From Laetmonice hystrix (taxonomy: Eukaryota): a stretch of 64,000 nt of DNA. A program made the translations under genes and the position numbers. The notes beneath the pieces are model-generated. The model was not told where the DNA came from and made no database searches. It saw only the letters and a list, made by a program, of their open reading frames with translations. The DNA lies in the NCBI GenBank assembly GCA_965235115.1, contig OZ249437.1:7626001-7690000 (forward strand). The letters are read 5' to 3'. Below are positions 1 to 12,900 of this stretch, piece after piece; within the stretch, counting starts at the first letter, position 1, and the number at the start of each line of letters is the position of its first letter.

Positions 1-749
1 CCTGGCCTGTTCCCTTGTACGGCTTCTGTTCATGATGGCGACTACACGATTGAGGTCCAAGCCCAAGCTCCCACGGAATTCTCCGATCTCCATGCCCCCA
101 TGCAAGAGGGAGCGTCTCATTATGGGTCAAGCGGAACCGGGTCGGCCTCGACTATTTCGCAAGGATTCGCGGCTGGTGTCCAGACAGTTCCCATTTACGA
201 CTGTTCAGGGAGGTTGGACATGGGAGTTCGGCCCGGCCTGAGCCTTGACTGGGTACTCCCAGTCTCTTCCAGACCATTCTTGCTGTGGCCAGATGCAGTA
301 GTGCAAGGGCAGATCTACGTGTGTGATCTGTATGATCATATAATATTAGCAAAAGAATGTTTTTCACCAACAATCGCGGTGTCTCCTTGAAACTTCGTAT
401 GGACGCTTCAGTTAAAGTGGGATTTGGAGCGGTTTTTCGGATCTGACTAGATAATAGGCCTAGCCGGTGTCCATCTTCGTTGGATCGACAAGATGTTTTT
501 ATTGGAGCTATACCTCCATTCTTTTTGCAGTTGCCCTGTGTGGGGAATATGTTTGAAACTCCATGGTTGAGTTTCATACCATAACATTTGTGACACAATC
601 ATTAACTCAACTTGACCTTCAAAGAATCAAGGAAACAAGGGAAAGCAGATGATTTGCATCGGTTGCAGAATGGGCGTTTCATTTCCCTGCATCCCTGCAC
701 TGTGTGTTGTGGGTGGCTCCACCTGCTTGTTCCAAGCAGGTTAGTGGCC

Positions 750-2142
750 TGCGTCGCCACTCACATTTAACTGTTCAACACATTTTTAACCCTTTAACAC
801 ATATTTTTGAACGATAATGTTCCTATTTTTAGATTTGGGAACATAGACATTAATGGTTTCGAGACGGTGCAGTGTGGACTCACTGTCAAGAGTAATACCA
901 ATTCATGGACATTTACTTATTGTTACCGTTAGTTGTAATTTTCTACCATATCTATTCCCATGACAATGCAGTGTGGGCTCATTGTCAAAAATGGGACATT
1001 AATGGTTTCGAGACGGTGCAGTGGGGGCTCACTGTCAAGAGTAATACCAATTTATGGACATTTACTTATTGTTACCGTTAGTTGTAATTTTCTACCATAT
1101 CTATTCCCATGACAATGCAGTGTGGGCTCATTGTCATAAATGGGATGGTGACACCCTTTCTGTTCAGAAATAACCTAATTGTCCTAAACCTTTAATTAAT
1201 GTTGGACACGTGCAGTGTGGGCTCACTGTCCAACTTATATTTTTAATATTATAATAAACGGGTGTTGCCCAAATAACAACATTATCTGTTTCCGAGTGTT
1301 GCCTGCATAAAGGCACGTTGTAACCGAAGGTTCAACGAATTTTATGCAGGAAAACACGAGAGGCCTACTGTCTGAATCAGCGCCGTCATGGCAACAACTT
1401 TCTGGGTCATGTGTTGAATAATTATGTCACGCCGAATCCCATCATGCATCATGCCGCAACCGGTTGACGACCGTGACGTTGTCCTTAAATCTTCCCACTT
1501 TCTTCAAGACAAGCAGGGTAACGGTTTTCAGTGCCTCCACCGCCCCACCTGCCGCCTTAGGCCATCTGTTTAATGCGCTTTGCGTCGCCACTCACATTTA
1601 ACTGTTCAACACATTTTTAACCCTTTAACACATATTTTTGAACGATAATGTTCCTATTTTTAGATTTGGGAACATAGACATTAATGGTTTCGAGACGGTG
1701 CAGTGTGGACTCACTGTCAAGAGTAATACCAATTCATGGACATTTACTTATTGTTACCGTTAGTTGTAATTTTCTACCATATCTATTCCCATGACAATGC
1801 AGTGTGGGCTCATTGTCAAAAATGGGACATTAATGGTTTCGAGACGGTGCAGTGGGGGCTCACTGTCAAGAGTAATACCAATTTATGGACATTTACTTAT
1901 TGTTACCGTTAGTTGTAATTTTCTACCATATCTATTCCCATGACAATGCAGTGTGGGCTCATTGTCATAAATGGGATGGTGACACCCTTTCTGTTCAGAA
2001 ATAACCTAATTGTCCTAAACCTTTAATTAATGTTGGACACGTGCAGTGTGGGCTCACTGTCCAACTTATATTTTTAATATTATAATAAACGGGTGTTGCC
2101 CAAATAACAACATTATCTGTTTCCGAGTGTTGCCTGCATAAA
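750..2142. repeat. Two apparently identical 562-bp direct repeats (750-1311, 1581-2142), each with an internal ~149-bp dimer
   Basis: Copies match at offset 831 wherever I compared them. 269 bp of unique sequence lie between them. Copy 2 is flanked by CGCTT on both sides (1576-1580, 2143-2147). Confidence 0.95.
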
Positions 2143-4361
2143 CGCTTATGAATTTCTGATTAATAGTACAAGCCTTCAACTCGTCTTGTCACGGTATGTA
2201 AAATGATTATTCTTTTTTTTAAACGCTCACTAAAAACATTTTAGAACTAATTTTAATTGAAACTTAATGAAAATCAATCATGAGCCTTGCCTTAAAGACA
2301 ATACTTACAAAGTACAATAATTTCCCACTGACGAACGAACTGTGTAGAGTTGGACGAAGTTGAAATTTGAAACCACACAACTAACTACACCTCATTTTGA
2401 AGTTTTATTTCTCCTTTCTACGTCTCATGAAATATTAATAGAACTGGAGTAATTAATTTCCAGTTTATTCGTCAATGTCTCCATGGATATAAAATAGAGT
2501 CAAAGTAGACAATCATGTTATCCAAGTCTGACAGGATCCTGATGACAATCGACATCAAATGTTCCTAAAGAAGGTACTCCCCTAACCTGAATACACGTTC
2601 AACACGCGTATCTCATGGAAGGTTGGGTCACATAACGTGACAGAGCCCTCAGTATTCCCTGAAACGTGCCTTTTTTGGCAACCAGGTACCCTTATAATAA
2701 TTAACAGAAGTATTCCCTTACAGCCCCTTTAAACTTCAGTCGACCTTATAGACCTCTGACACCATGTGAATGCGTAGTGTGTTTGTCTCTATATTGTAGG
2801 AATCCATGTACGGAATACTCCACAATAACAAATTGTAGTTTGTAAAATTTTCAGCATGTTCATCAGAAAACAAATATTTAAGTAATGTGTTCAACTCCAA
2901 TATCAGTATAGGAATATTAATATCCTCCATGCTATGACCCCGATCTACCTCAACTATCTGTGCTATTATAGGCCTATAAGTTAGACAATTTTCATTATGA
3001 ACTCTAGAGGCTTCCCTCCGACTTCACATTATGGGAGATCCCGATATTTGCCAAGGCCTACACTAGTGGTCATATCATATTACTGTGTTGGCTGAGATGA
3101 GCCCCGGATCCGGTGCTGACAAGAGTTGCCGTGGTAAAAATTCGTACTGGCGGACTTCGTGACACGAGGGTGTGATTGTGGCACGAAGGCGACGTTTCCC
3201 ACTGAGTGGCACAGATCGCGTAATTGGGAACGCTGCTGCGCATCCAACCGTTTAATTGGCCGAGATGCTGAGCGTCTATTTCCGAGGTGTCTCATAGTCC
3301 GAGGCCACTGACCACCGGTCCATGTCTCTCCAAGGAGGAAGGTTAGCCAACTGGGATTTAATTGCAGTAACTGGAAGAACTCGCCATCTTCCTTGCCGGG
3401 CTGCGGCTGTCAGCCAGCCCGGACGAACAGCCAGTACTTCTCGATCCGGTACTCAATGTAACGTAAATGAACCTCTGCTGATAACATCTTGGTCTGCTGT
3501 TATCTCTATTATTTTATTGGTCCTCTTCTGCCTACTACATGTAGGCCTACTTTAATAACGCCATTGACGGCATGATTTTGCTCTGATAAAATAACATATG
3601 CCTACTACTGATAATTAATTAGGAGTTCGGTGGAGCTTCCAAAAGGAATCAAATGGAACGATTATTGTATTTCAACAGAGTTGTGGTGCTTATAATCTTT
3701 GGAAGTGAATACGTTGAAGCTTTTCGGGAGTGAGGCAGATTTAGCTATCAGAAAATAGCCGATGGATAATTAATGTATAAATGTGTTGTAAAGTGACGTT
3801 TGTATAATCCTGGGCAGTAAAAAGCCTGAACCTGTGGCCTTTTAGACTTTCGGAGTTATCGTCACCGTGGGGAGACTGATTAACATGTTTATGACATGGC
3901 AGGAATGCTAATATCACCACTCGTGAACGTCAGTCGGCAAGAGAATAACAAATACTGTGAGATGAACTTGGCGCTAGAGATTTAGGGCACGTCCCTTGAC
4001 AACTGGTGTATCTCCGTCTTCAAAGCCGCTTTGATGCTCTGTATATGCGACCCTTAAATACAAGGTCCTGTAATGTCCTGCAGAAATGACATTAGATTAC
4101 GTTCTCTTCAAACAAAGTTATAGCAAGTAATAGTTAGACATATGTAATATCAACAAGCCTGTCTCTCACAAACATATCCTGGAAGCCGATTAATAAAACA
4201 AAAAATGGAAACGATGCCACTGAAACATCCGTAGAGTCTGTCCACAAGAGCCTTGTTTGTGGACTCGGCCGGTGACGACAGTGAGTTAGAACATACATTC
4301 ACTGGTCATAAGTATTGCAAAATTAAATAATAATTTATTCAATTTTCTTTACACTAATTAA

Positions 4362-4701
4362 AGGTGCTATTCGTGGAAAAAAGTTCATTTTTTTTATTTT
4401 TAATTCTGTTGACGTTTATGTGACCCCACCTATCATGGATATAGATTCACAATAAAGGAAATCAAAATTTTTCATGGATAACGGCACAAATGGGGCTCTC
4501 TCAAAAGGCCTCTGGAGACCCTGACACGCCCCACCATAGGAAATGGCTCTATCTCGGTGCGCACCGAGATAGGTTTCAAATGCTGCACACAAACTAATAG
4601 AAGGTTTATCAGGCCAATGGTATCGGTAGGAATTGTTTTTAGTACTATGTGCACAATGTATGATAGGAGAAATACCATTCTGAGCGAGACGAATAGCACC
4701 T
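4362..4701. mobile_element. Non-autonomous TIR element with TTAA target site (Kolobok-like)
   Basis: TTAA|AGGTGCTATTCGT...ACGAATAGCACCT|TTAA: 13-bp perfect TIR, with TTAA at 4358-4361 and 4702-4705. A purine-purine start with TTAA fits Kolobok better than piggyBac. Confidence 0.75.
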
Positions 4702-4739
4702 TTAAGACGTGTTGAAAGTATCTGAAGTCAATGTTCTTT

Positions 4740-5045
4740 TTTACTGTCGGAAATATTGCGTCCCAGGTCATGGCACCACCTGCCTGCCAGAATCTTGACT
4801 GGGCTGAAGCGTAACAATCTGACAGTCTGCAGGAGGCGCCGATCTTCTCTCCGTGCGGTTTTCTTTGGACAATCACTTCCGTTTAATTGTTCATGGTCAC
4901 CAGTTTGTTGGTACCTCGCCAATACTCTGCACACGGTTTGACGGAAACAGTGAAGATGTCTGGCTATAACCTGCACCGAAACATCTTCTCTCTGAGAAAT
5001 GAGTACATGACGTTCAGCATTTCTAAGTTCCCGTACCTTCGGCAT
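4740..5045 (-). pseudogene. Tc1/mariner transposase N-terminal DNA-binding fragment
   Basis: ORF MPKVRELRNAERHVLI...VIARHLHCFRQTVCRVLARYQQTGD...CPKKTARREDRRLLQTVRLLRF matches the Tc1 paired-like HTH pattern (IA..L..S..TV.R...RY..TG...GRP.KT..REDR). No DDE domain follows. Confidence 0.75.
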
Positions 5046-5282
5046 AGTAGTAGCAAAATGAAACCCCTTTTACAGTCTGCTCTGATCAACCTTTCCCATT
5101 ATGTACGGGGATCATGAAGAAGTATTATGTAATGGACGCTGGCCTTTTACTCTCAAATACTATTTGGAGCGTGTTGCAATACTTTTGGCCAGTGAGTGTA
5201 GAATTTACATAGCCCTGTTTTTAGGTCTCGGCTATAGAAGACGTGATTCGTGAGATGTCCAACTCCTCAGTGTTCAGGGCCT

Positions 5283-5433
5283 GGGCCCGGTTTCAAAAAG
5301 ATTAAGATCTTAAGTTATAAGCTCTGCTTAAGGCCTCTCATTCGCTGGTTGAAGCTGAGCTGCAGAGGGTCAGCCAATCAGAGGCCCTAAGCAGAGCTTA
5401 AATTAAGATGCTAATCTTTCTGAAATCGAGCCC
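5283..5433. mobile_element. Palindromic MITE, PIF/Harbinger-like ends
   Basis: GGGCCCGGTTTCAAAAAGATTA...TAATCTTTCTGAAATCGAGCCC long imperfect TIR. TSD not clear. Confidence 0.65.
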
Positions 5434-6781
5434 AGATCTTGCTTAAGCTTTTTAACCTAGGCCCTGCTACCTGTTATCCCAGTGACCTCTAATTAATCAG
5501 GTCGTACCCAAGGGTTAATACAGGAGGGAGGAGGGTTACAACTCGTCTGGGTAAAATTATAATCTTTTACAAAGGCTTTTTGTCTGAAAAAGGGGCCTTA
5601 GACTGTAGGCCCTACTGTCTGGCGCCCATTCGTCCTTGGAGTTGAACACATGTAGTTTGTAGTTGAAGACCAATGACAAATGGACTCCATAATTGGTAAT
5701 GGCATATGTTTACTTCCAGGATTACGTGGTGGAGTATTTGTCCCTAGAAATATCGACTGGTTATCAATGCAAAAGCACAGTAGCTTTCCTATATTTGTAG
5801 GAAATGTGTAGTTGAAGCGAGTGTGTACTGTGAAGCACTGTAGTATGGCTCCGATTTGGGCCTTCAATAAAGCTGAAACGCTGTATTGTAAAAATAGCAT
5901 CTCCTCGTATGCTTACGTGTCTACCTTTGTCTCTGACTGTGCACTGAACATCAATTTCCTATTTTTGCTCTGAGATCACGACGACGAGAAATCTAATAAC
6001 TGATAGGATTTATAGGATGACTTAAAAACATTAAAGAATATTGTTTTATATGGGGAAATCCAGCCGCTCTCCGGGGCCTGAAGGTCTGTTATTTTATATC
6101 AGCCACGCTTGTCAACTGCCCCCAATTGTGGAGTGAAAACGGTGGCCACTGTGTGGTGACCTATGGGATCGGTAGGCCGCCAGTCGTCCCGGCCGTCGTC
6201 CCCAATGATCTAGTCCACTGGTACCGTGTGGTCAGGACATTAGTTTTGACTGCCCGACCACAGCGCCATCCTTCCCCCGACCGGCCAGAGTTAGGTCCTC
6301 CTGCGCTTCGTTTGGCAAGCATTAGCTAAATCCGATCTTCGGTGTCTGCGCCAAGCGACCGAGTTGGTTGGATCGATAGTGTGTGAATGGTGAAGGGGCC
6401 GTCGAAATGCATTGGCCTCCTACCTCACTGTGGGACTGGGGGGGGGGGGTAGACGGGGCGAGGACAGTATCCGCACTCTATTAATGTGCTCATACGTGTG
6501 TAACTGGGCGTGTCGGTCTGCCACTGGCACGGCCAATAAACTATAGCGGTCCCAGTCACCGTCCGACCCCAGTCATCGTACTGAAATGACGGAAAATATT
6601 AGGGGGGGAGGTCGTAACCACTCCTCATTGATGGCAATGTAGAAAATTGTTTTTTTTTAACAATTTTAAAATTCATATTGCGCTTTAAGAGATTCTTGGG
6701 CTGAACATCACTGAATAGGGCCGAGTAGGGCAAAATAAATACTTCACCTCAGAAGTTAACAGCGCTATAACTCGGCTATAA

Positions 6782-6902
6782 CTGCCGGAAGAAAAATGTC
6801 TCACTAAGGAAATTGGGGCATTTTTCGCAGGCAGTATAGAAAAAATGACTCAGAATCTTTGATTGGGACATTTTTCGCAGTTGAGACATTTTTCCTTGCC
6901 AC
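6782..6902. mobile_element. Small MITE-like inverted repeat
   Basis: GCCGGAAGAAAAATGTCTCA...TGAGACATTTTTCCTTGCC imperfect inverted ends. No TSD verified. Confidence 0.4.
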
Positions 6903-9900
6903 AAAGCTCCACTACATCAGATTCATAATCACACTTTCTTATTATGGCTCCATCAGATGTCTATGTACTCCAATGTTAGGAAAATTAATTTCAAGATCCG
7001 GACGTAAAAATCATCAATGAAAGCTTTTATTTTTACAGCCGATTCCCTTACTTAGTTTAAACTTAATATGTTAACATAAAATAACTTAAGATGTGACGAA
7101 ATTTCAATAGAGACCTTTATGAAAATATCCCCATACAAATAAAACGTGTCATATTGACACAATATAACATTCACTGTACAGTCCTCGTGTCAGATTCGGG
7201 TTCACTCCTTTACAACTGGTATTTTATTGTAATGAGAACAGTCAATCTCCCGTCATGTAATTTTAATCAGATATTGAGAAACCTTGCGGTTAAAACAACT
7301 GCGAATTCAATTTCCCTTTGATGGTTCGAGTGACAGGGTCCAGGCCAAGAATACTCAAGTATTCAATGCAGGCTGAAGACATTCTAAGTCATTTCTACCC
7401 TCCAAACAATACATGCTACACTGTAACAGTTACACTGTAACTGTAACTCTGTAACAGAGATGATGTCTTCTACCGTCTCTGTTGGTTTTCTTTCCACGCG
7501 GTACTTTTAATTGAAAATGGAGACATCTTTGTCTGAGGCATTCTATTTCCATGCTAAAAACTTTAATCCAGAGAAGGGATGTAAATGCATCTTAAAAGGC
7601 AACAACAGAGAAATTGGAAACTGATGTTGACAGGACACGATTAACACTGTTGCACTTGTATCAATTTAGGCCTAACTTTTCGTTGTCACCGGCAGCAGTG
7701 TTTTTTTAGGTCGCAGTGTTAGCTTGTTGGACATGTGGCTAAAGGAAGACGAGCCTCAGGTACACTCAGAGAGGCAAGCCGCCTTGAGCGACATCCTTTG
7801 TGGTGTTCCCCTTTATGCTGGTCAAACAAGACATTTTCTCTCACCACTAACGGTAAATTGTAGAGGTGGGGCACCTTTCCCAATGATGACATTTTCTGAC
7901 GTCGAAGCTCCTACGAGACTGCTGCATAAGCGGCTGCTTTAAAATTGGGAGTGCGGACCACCTCTCATGCCGGAAACGTGATGTTCTGGCGAAGGCACGT
8001 CCGTCAAGCCTGCAGCAAACTCCCATTTCCATATACTACTAAAAGGTGCCGCCATTTCCACAATGAGCGCTGTGGCGGCATTGGCCAAACTTATCGTAGG
8101 TCTCACAGGCTGGAGTGTGAATCAATGCACCTCATATCTGATGGTATAAATGGAAAACATGGGTTTATTGAGCCAGGGTTGTTATATATCAATACCAATA
8201 CTACCGGAATATGTCCACTTGTACTATCGATAAACGGTATGACACCATTGGCATTCAGTGCTGTGACTGGATTTTACGTGGCATTAGCTCAAAAATACAT
8301 GGAACCGTTCGTGGAATTTTGCAGATCTGGGTGTAGTTCTGAATGTTACAATCATTGGTTCTCATAGAATGGATCATACACCTGCACGATAAAAGTTTGA
8401 TCTGTAATACTTGCGGAAATATTTGAAAAGTTTCAGGACGGTAGTATTATTCTCAGAACGTCAGACGATCCTGACCTTACGATTGCTTCACCACCATACC
8501 TAATCGTCGCCCAATCAATGAGCTACTTTAGCTGTACCATCTTTCGCAATCTTAAATTGAGATCTACAACTTTCACTTTCAATTTCCGGCTGTGCGTAAT
8601 CCAATTTGGCCGAGTCCTGTAATATAATCTGCCCCACTCTTGCACTTTATCTGATTATGGCAACGGCTAAGACCGGGCCCAGTGTCTGCACTGTAACAAA
8701 GTCTCAGTATCAATGTATCTCGCCTATAAATGTCTACAATGTGAGGAAACAAGAAAAGAACCAGAGATGAAAGCGATGAAGGGCCTTAAAGCAGTTTCAG
8801 CTCTTGTTTTTGTGCATCACCAAATCACATAAATATTTCATTGTTTCCTTCATTTCCCCTGGCATTTCTATATCTGGCGATGATTCCCTTGGCCGAACTC
8901 AAGGGCTGGCTACAGGCAGGTATAATACTACAAAGGAATGTTCTGTTCAAAAGGATAGCTGCCGGTCTTAGGGTGCTCCAGGAAGCATGGATATCTTACT
9001 ACTAACACTGAACAGCCGATGAGTTCAACATGTCCAAAGACAGATACGATGAAAAATCCATTTGCTTCTCGACGTTTCTTCCTTGGCGCAGACAAGTGTA
9101 AAAAGGCTGCTGGGTACACGTGAAGCGGTCCTTCACAACTGAACACTACAGATGCTTGCCAGGAGATGTTATCAAAAACTGCTTTTATTACAAGTCTGGC
9201 TGCATCTGGTCTCAAGCGAACAATTATAGTTCGATACATTAAAACCCAAGATGCCGCAATTTATCTTACTGGTGCAAAATTTAAAGAAAATAAAAACCAC
9301 TGCCAATTTGTAGAACTATGATAAGGAACATTATAATCAATCTGAATGCATTATTATTGTAATTATATTCCTAATACGACCACTCCGACCAGTTGTAATT
9401 TATTGATAACGATCAGCCAAGGATGAGATGCTGCACTGCAGAGTCGATCACATTGTTCTTAAAAAGCGGGACTCTATGCGTTTACCAGTTCTAAAGTGAT
9501 TTAATGAATGGAATATGGCCCACTGCTCACGTTAAGAAAGGCACACTGACAATAAAAGATAATTGACAAACTAGATCGTTCTGAGGAAGGAAATTTCCTT
9601 AATCTGAAAACAGGAAAATTTACTGGCACATTTGAAAGGCTTTCTATGGACAACCCAATCAGTCCTCAGATGTAAATATTTCCTCAAGTACAGCGTTTTA
9701 TATTGTATCTTATCACATGTTGGCGCCATTGGAAGTTATATTATGCTTTAATAATGTTACATTTATCAGGGCGTAATGTAAGTCTAGATTTACAGCAGTT
9801 TTGAAATACGCAACTTCAACTGTCAGCAGCTAAGTTTAAACATGCCTATATCAGTATTTATTATTTGGTTGAGCAGAATACTGCAATTCAAGCCCCAAAC

Positions 9901-12900
9901 CATAACTTTTCAATTCATGGTTCTCAATAAATAAATTATTCTTGGGGCGCAAATACCATCAGAACAACAGAGACTGTGTGAAGACAAATGTCTTCGTGAC
10001 ATCCCGCGTGCGGTATCAATATTACACTGTGAGGTGTGAAAGACAATATTCGTCCTTCTGGAGCGTTCCAATCCAAACCGCAGCCATGCCTCACGAACAG
10101 ATATCAGCGGTGGTCACGTGGCCTCAGTCAGTTGGTGGTCTCCTGTAGTCGGTTGGTGGACGCGTGGGTCACACCCGTGACGAGACTGGACATTATCTGT
10201 GTCACCCATGGCTGCACCTCCCTGCACGCCATCGATAAGGGTGTCATCTCGGAGACGACCCTCCCCTCCTCCTTCTCCTTGACACGTACCCTTCTCAACC
10301 CTTGCTCAATAAGCGCAGTCTGTCACAACAAAAGGGTCACGCAAGGAGATAGTGAAGGACAAGCTCCTTCAATCGTCTTGGTTCTCGCTAACTCTTTCTC
10401 CCCAGTTTCGTAGCCGTGTCACTTGCTTTGTACCGTTCTATACGGACCTGGAGGGGCGACCTATGATCAGGGTCATACACTTTGATGTATGTGACGGTGC
10501 GCCGCTCGGACACACCGGCAGCACCAAGAAGTATTACGGCCTGATCGACTGGAACCCTCGGAAGGCCGTCCAGCGTTGCATATGGACTCTCGCTGTATTT
10601 TCTCTACGATCCAACAATATTGGCCCGAGAGAGGTCACGTAAGGCCACCTCCGGGCAGGCCCCTTTCATCTCGCCACTCAAGGCTACTTGCTCGGGTACA
10701 ATGTTGCAATCAATCCACGGTGCTTGCCGCCTCCACGCCTTGCCTCGGAAGGAGGCACGACCTCTGGACGTCATATTCAAATTCTAGGATCGGTCGTAAG
10801 AGACCCTCTCAACCGGTTTCAATATGCCGAACGAGAGCCGTGCTGCAGCATCCTTCACACGCTGTGGCGGACATGGTCGCAGGATTGAGGTATGTTGGAC
10901 AGGACGGATCAACTTTGGTCCAAGAAGGGGTCACCCCCCCCCCCCCCCGCCCCTTCCACAATCTCCCGGCATCAGTGATCACACCTCGGCCACTCCCCCG
11001 GATTGATCCCAATCGATGACCACACCCCCATCCCACCCCCACTCCAGGGCGGCGGGTTGAACGTTTGGCTTGTCGATGTGTCCGGCACCTCCAGGCCGGG
11101 TCGCCCGCGGTCGCGGCTGAGCCTTCGACTCGCCTGCTCCAACCACTCAAGCCAGCAACCACGTTTAATAAACGTTTCGGAATCTTATAGTGGATGAATA
11201 AAACATTTTTATAACGTTTTCTGAGCCGAGACAGTCACCAATGTCTTAATGACCATGAATGTCGTCCCTGTCTGCTGATAATAATTTACGTCACACTCGA
11301 CCATTGACAGCGAAACTTCCACTTGTCTGGGTAAGTTATCGTGGTCATCAGAAAGTAACATCGATTCTTCTGCCAGTAGTCGCAGCCGCGGGACTCGCGT
11401 GCAAAGCGGTCCCCAGCGCGTACACATGACAAGCTTTGATGTGTTTCATCAACAAGCCTAACTATAGATTCATAGCAAGACTTATTTACCAACCTCACAC
11501 AAATTGCAACTCATTTTCTTCTTCAAAAACACCAAGCGATCGGTAAGAAAAAAACCATCACGCCATAAAAAGGAAATCTCAAACAAATTATTAAAGTTCT
11601 TTCCATAAGCGATTTCCATCCTATAATTATATTTCTACCCAGCATATAAGAGTCACTCACTCACTCACTCACGCCGTTGCCTTATTCAATTGCCAGCCTA
11701 GCCAATTGCCCTTCCATAGGCGGTCTTCAATGGCATGGACTTCAATCTGGACTTCACCACCGAGGTTCAGGCAATTAAATGGAGTTCTCTTAATGAACCC
11801 TTCAATTCTGGCCTGATGTATTTGTCATGGGAGGATGTTTATGGGTAAACGGTGGCGCTTTTAGACGTAAGCATTTTTCAAGTTTCCACTTAAAATCGCA
11901 ACATAAATTTATATTATGTTCAGGATACAGCCTCGGCGGAGACGGTCTGTTTCACACACAAAGCACTGTAACAATCAGGGAAATCAATAACATATCATCA
12001 TTTCCGGACTCGGGGGGGGGGGGAAATAGTTCCAATATGTCGTCACTGTACTGTGAACCAGCGTGGAATATTGGTATTATCTGGAGAAACTTTCATCTGT
12101 ACCATGATTACAACCTTCATACATCCAGGATGAGGTTCGGGAGAAGGTTCGACTGCAAGTTCTCTGTACACATTATATCAGAACCCTCAATTTTCAAAGT
12201 TGTTTCTCCCTACCTGTTGTTATCTTACTGTAAAAGACTCAGAAAACAAGGCGTTTCTACGAAACAAGCCGATTTTCAAGTGTTTTTTTTTTAAATTTCT
12301 ACACTGCATGGTTCATGTACAGCTGGACTTATATTTAAAAACATGTACCTATACTTTTTATATGGAACCATTATCAAGTCTCAAATGGATTAAAACCTAG
12401 CTGCTTTACAGCACATTGAAGACCACAATTCGTTTTTAATGCATACGCCCTGTAATACAATTACAATAATACAATTATGATTTATCCGTACCCACGGTGT
12501 AAAAGCAACAGCCAGGATACAGGAAGGGCAGAGAAACTGAAAGGCCCTACACTGGGAACATTGCCTCTCTTGCGATTTTGAACTTCTATCAAGAATGAAT
12601 AGTAAGCAAATATTGCGTGATTGTGGTATATTAAGGCAGACCATGGCTACTATAACCTACTCGTTCTTAAGTTCAGAATGTACAGTTGAAAGTGCTCCTA
12701 AAGAGTCACTGCGATTGTTTCCAAAACTTTATACATTTTTTCAAGTTGGGTTAACTTTCTCACTTTGATAGGACAGTCGTCTGTCATGCGATGCCTGGCA
12801 GACAGCGACCTGCATGACCACCTTAACACGACCAATAATATCACAGTACATGTAACCCTCAGCACCGACCGGCAAACACCTCCCTAATGATTCACGCTAT

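Noticed and set aside
863-1234. Iron-responsive elements or RAG RSS heptamers (CAGTG/CACTGT)
   Set aside because: The loop is 11 nt rather than the 6-nt CAGUGH on a 5-bp stem. There is no CACAGTG heptamer with an ACAAAAACC nonamer at 12/23 spacing.
750-2142. LTR pair of a TRIM/mini-retrotransposon
   Set aside because: No TG...CA ending, no PBS or PPT in the spacer, no TSD around the pair, and copy 1 continues into a hairpin that copy 2 lacks.
8030-8600. Segmented negative-strand RNA virus RdRp fossil (GGIGQTY...ISDG...TSDD...NLK)
   Set aside because: Motif order is suggestive, but the F-to-A spacing (~17 aa) is far shorter than in bunya-type L proteins, and motifs A and B are poor.
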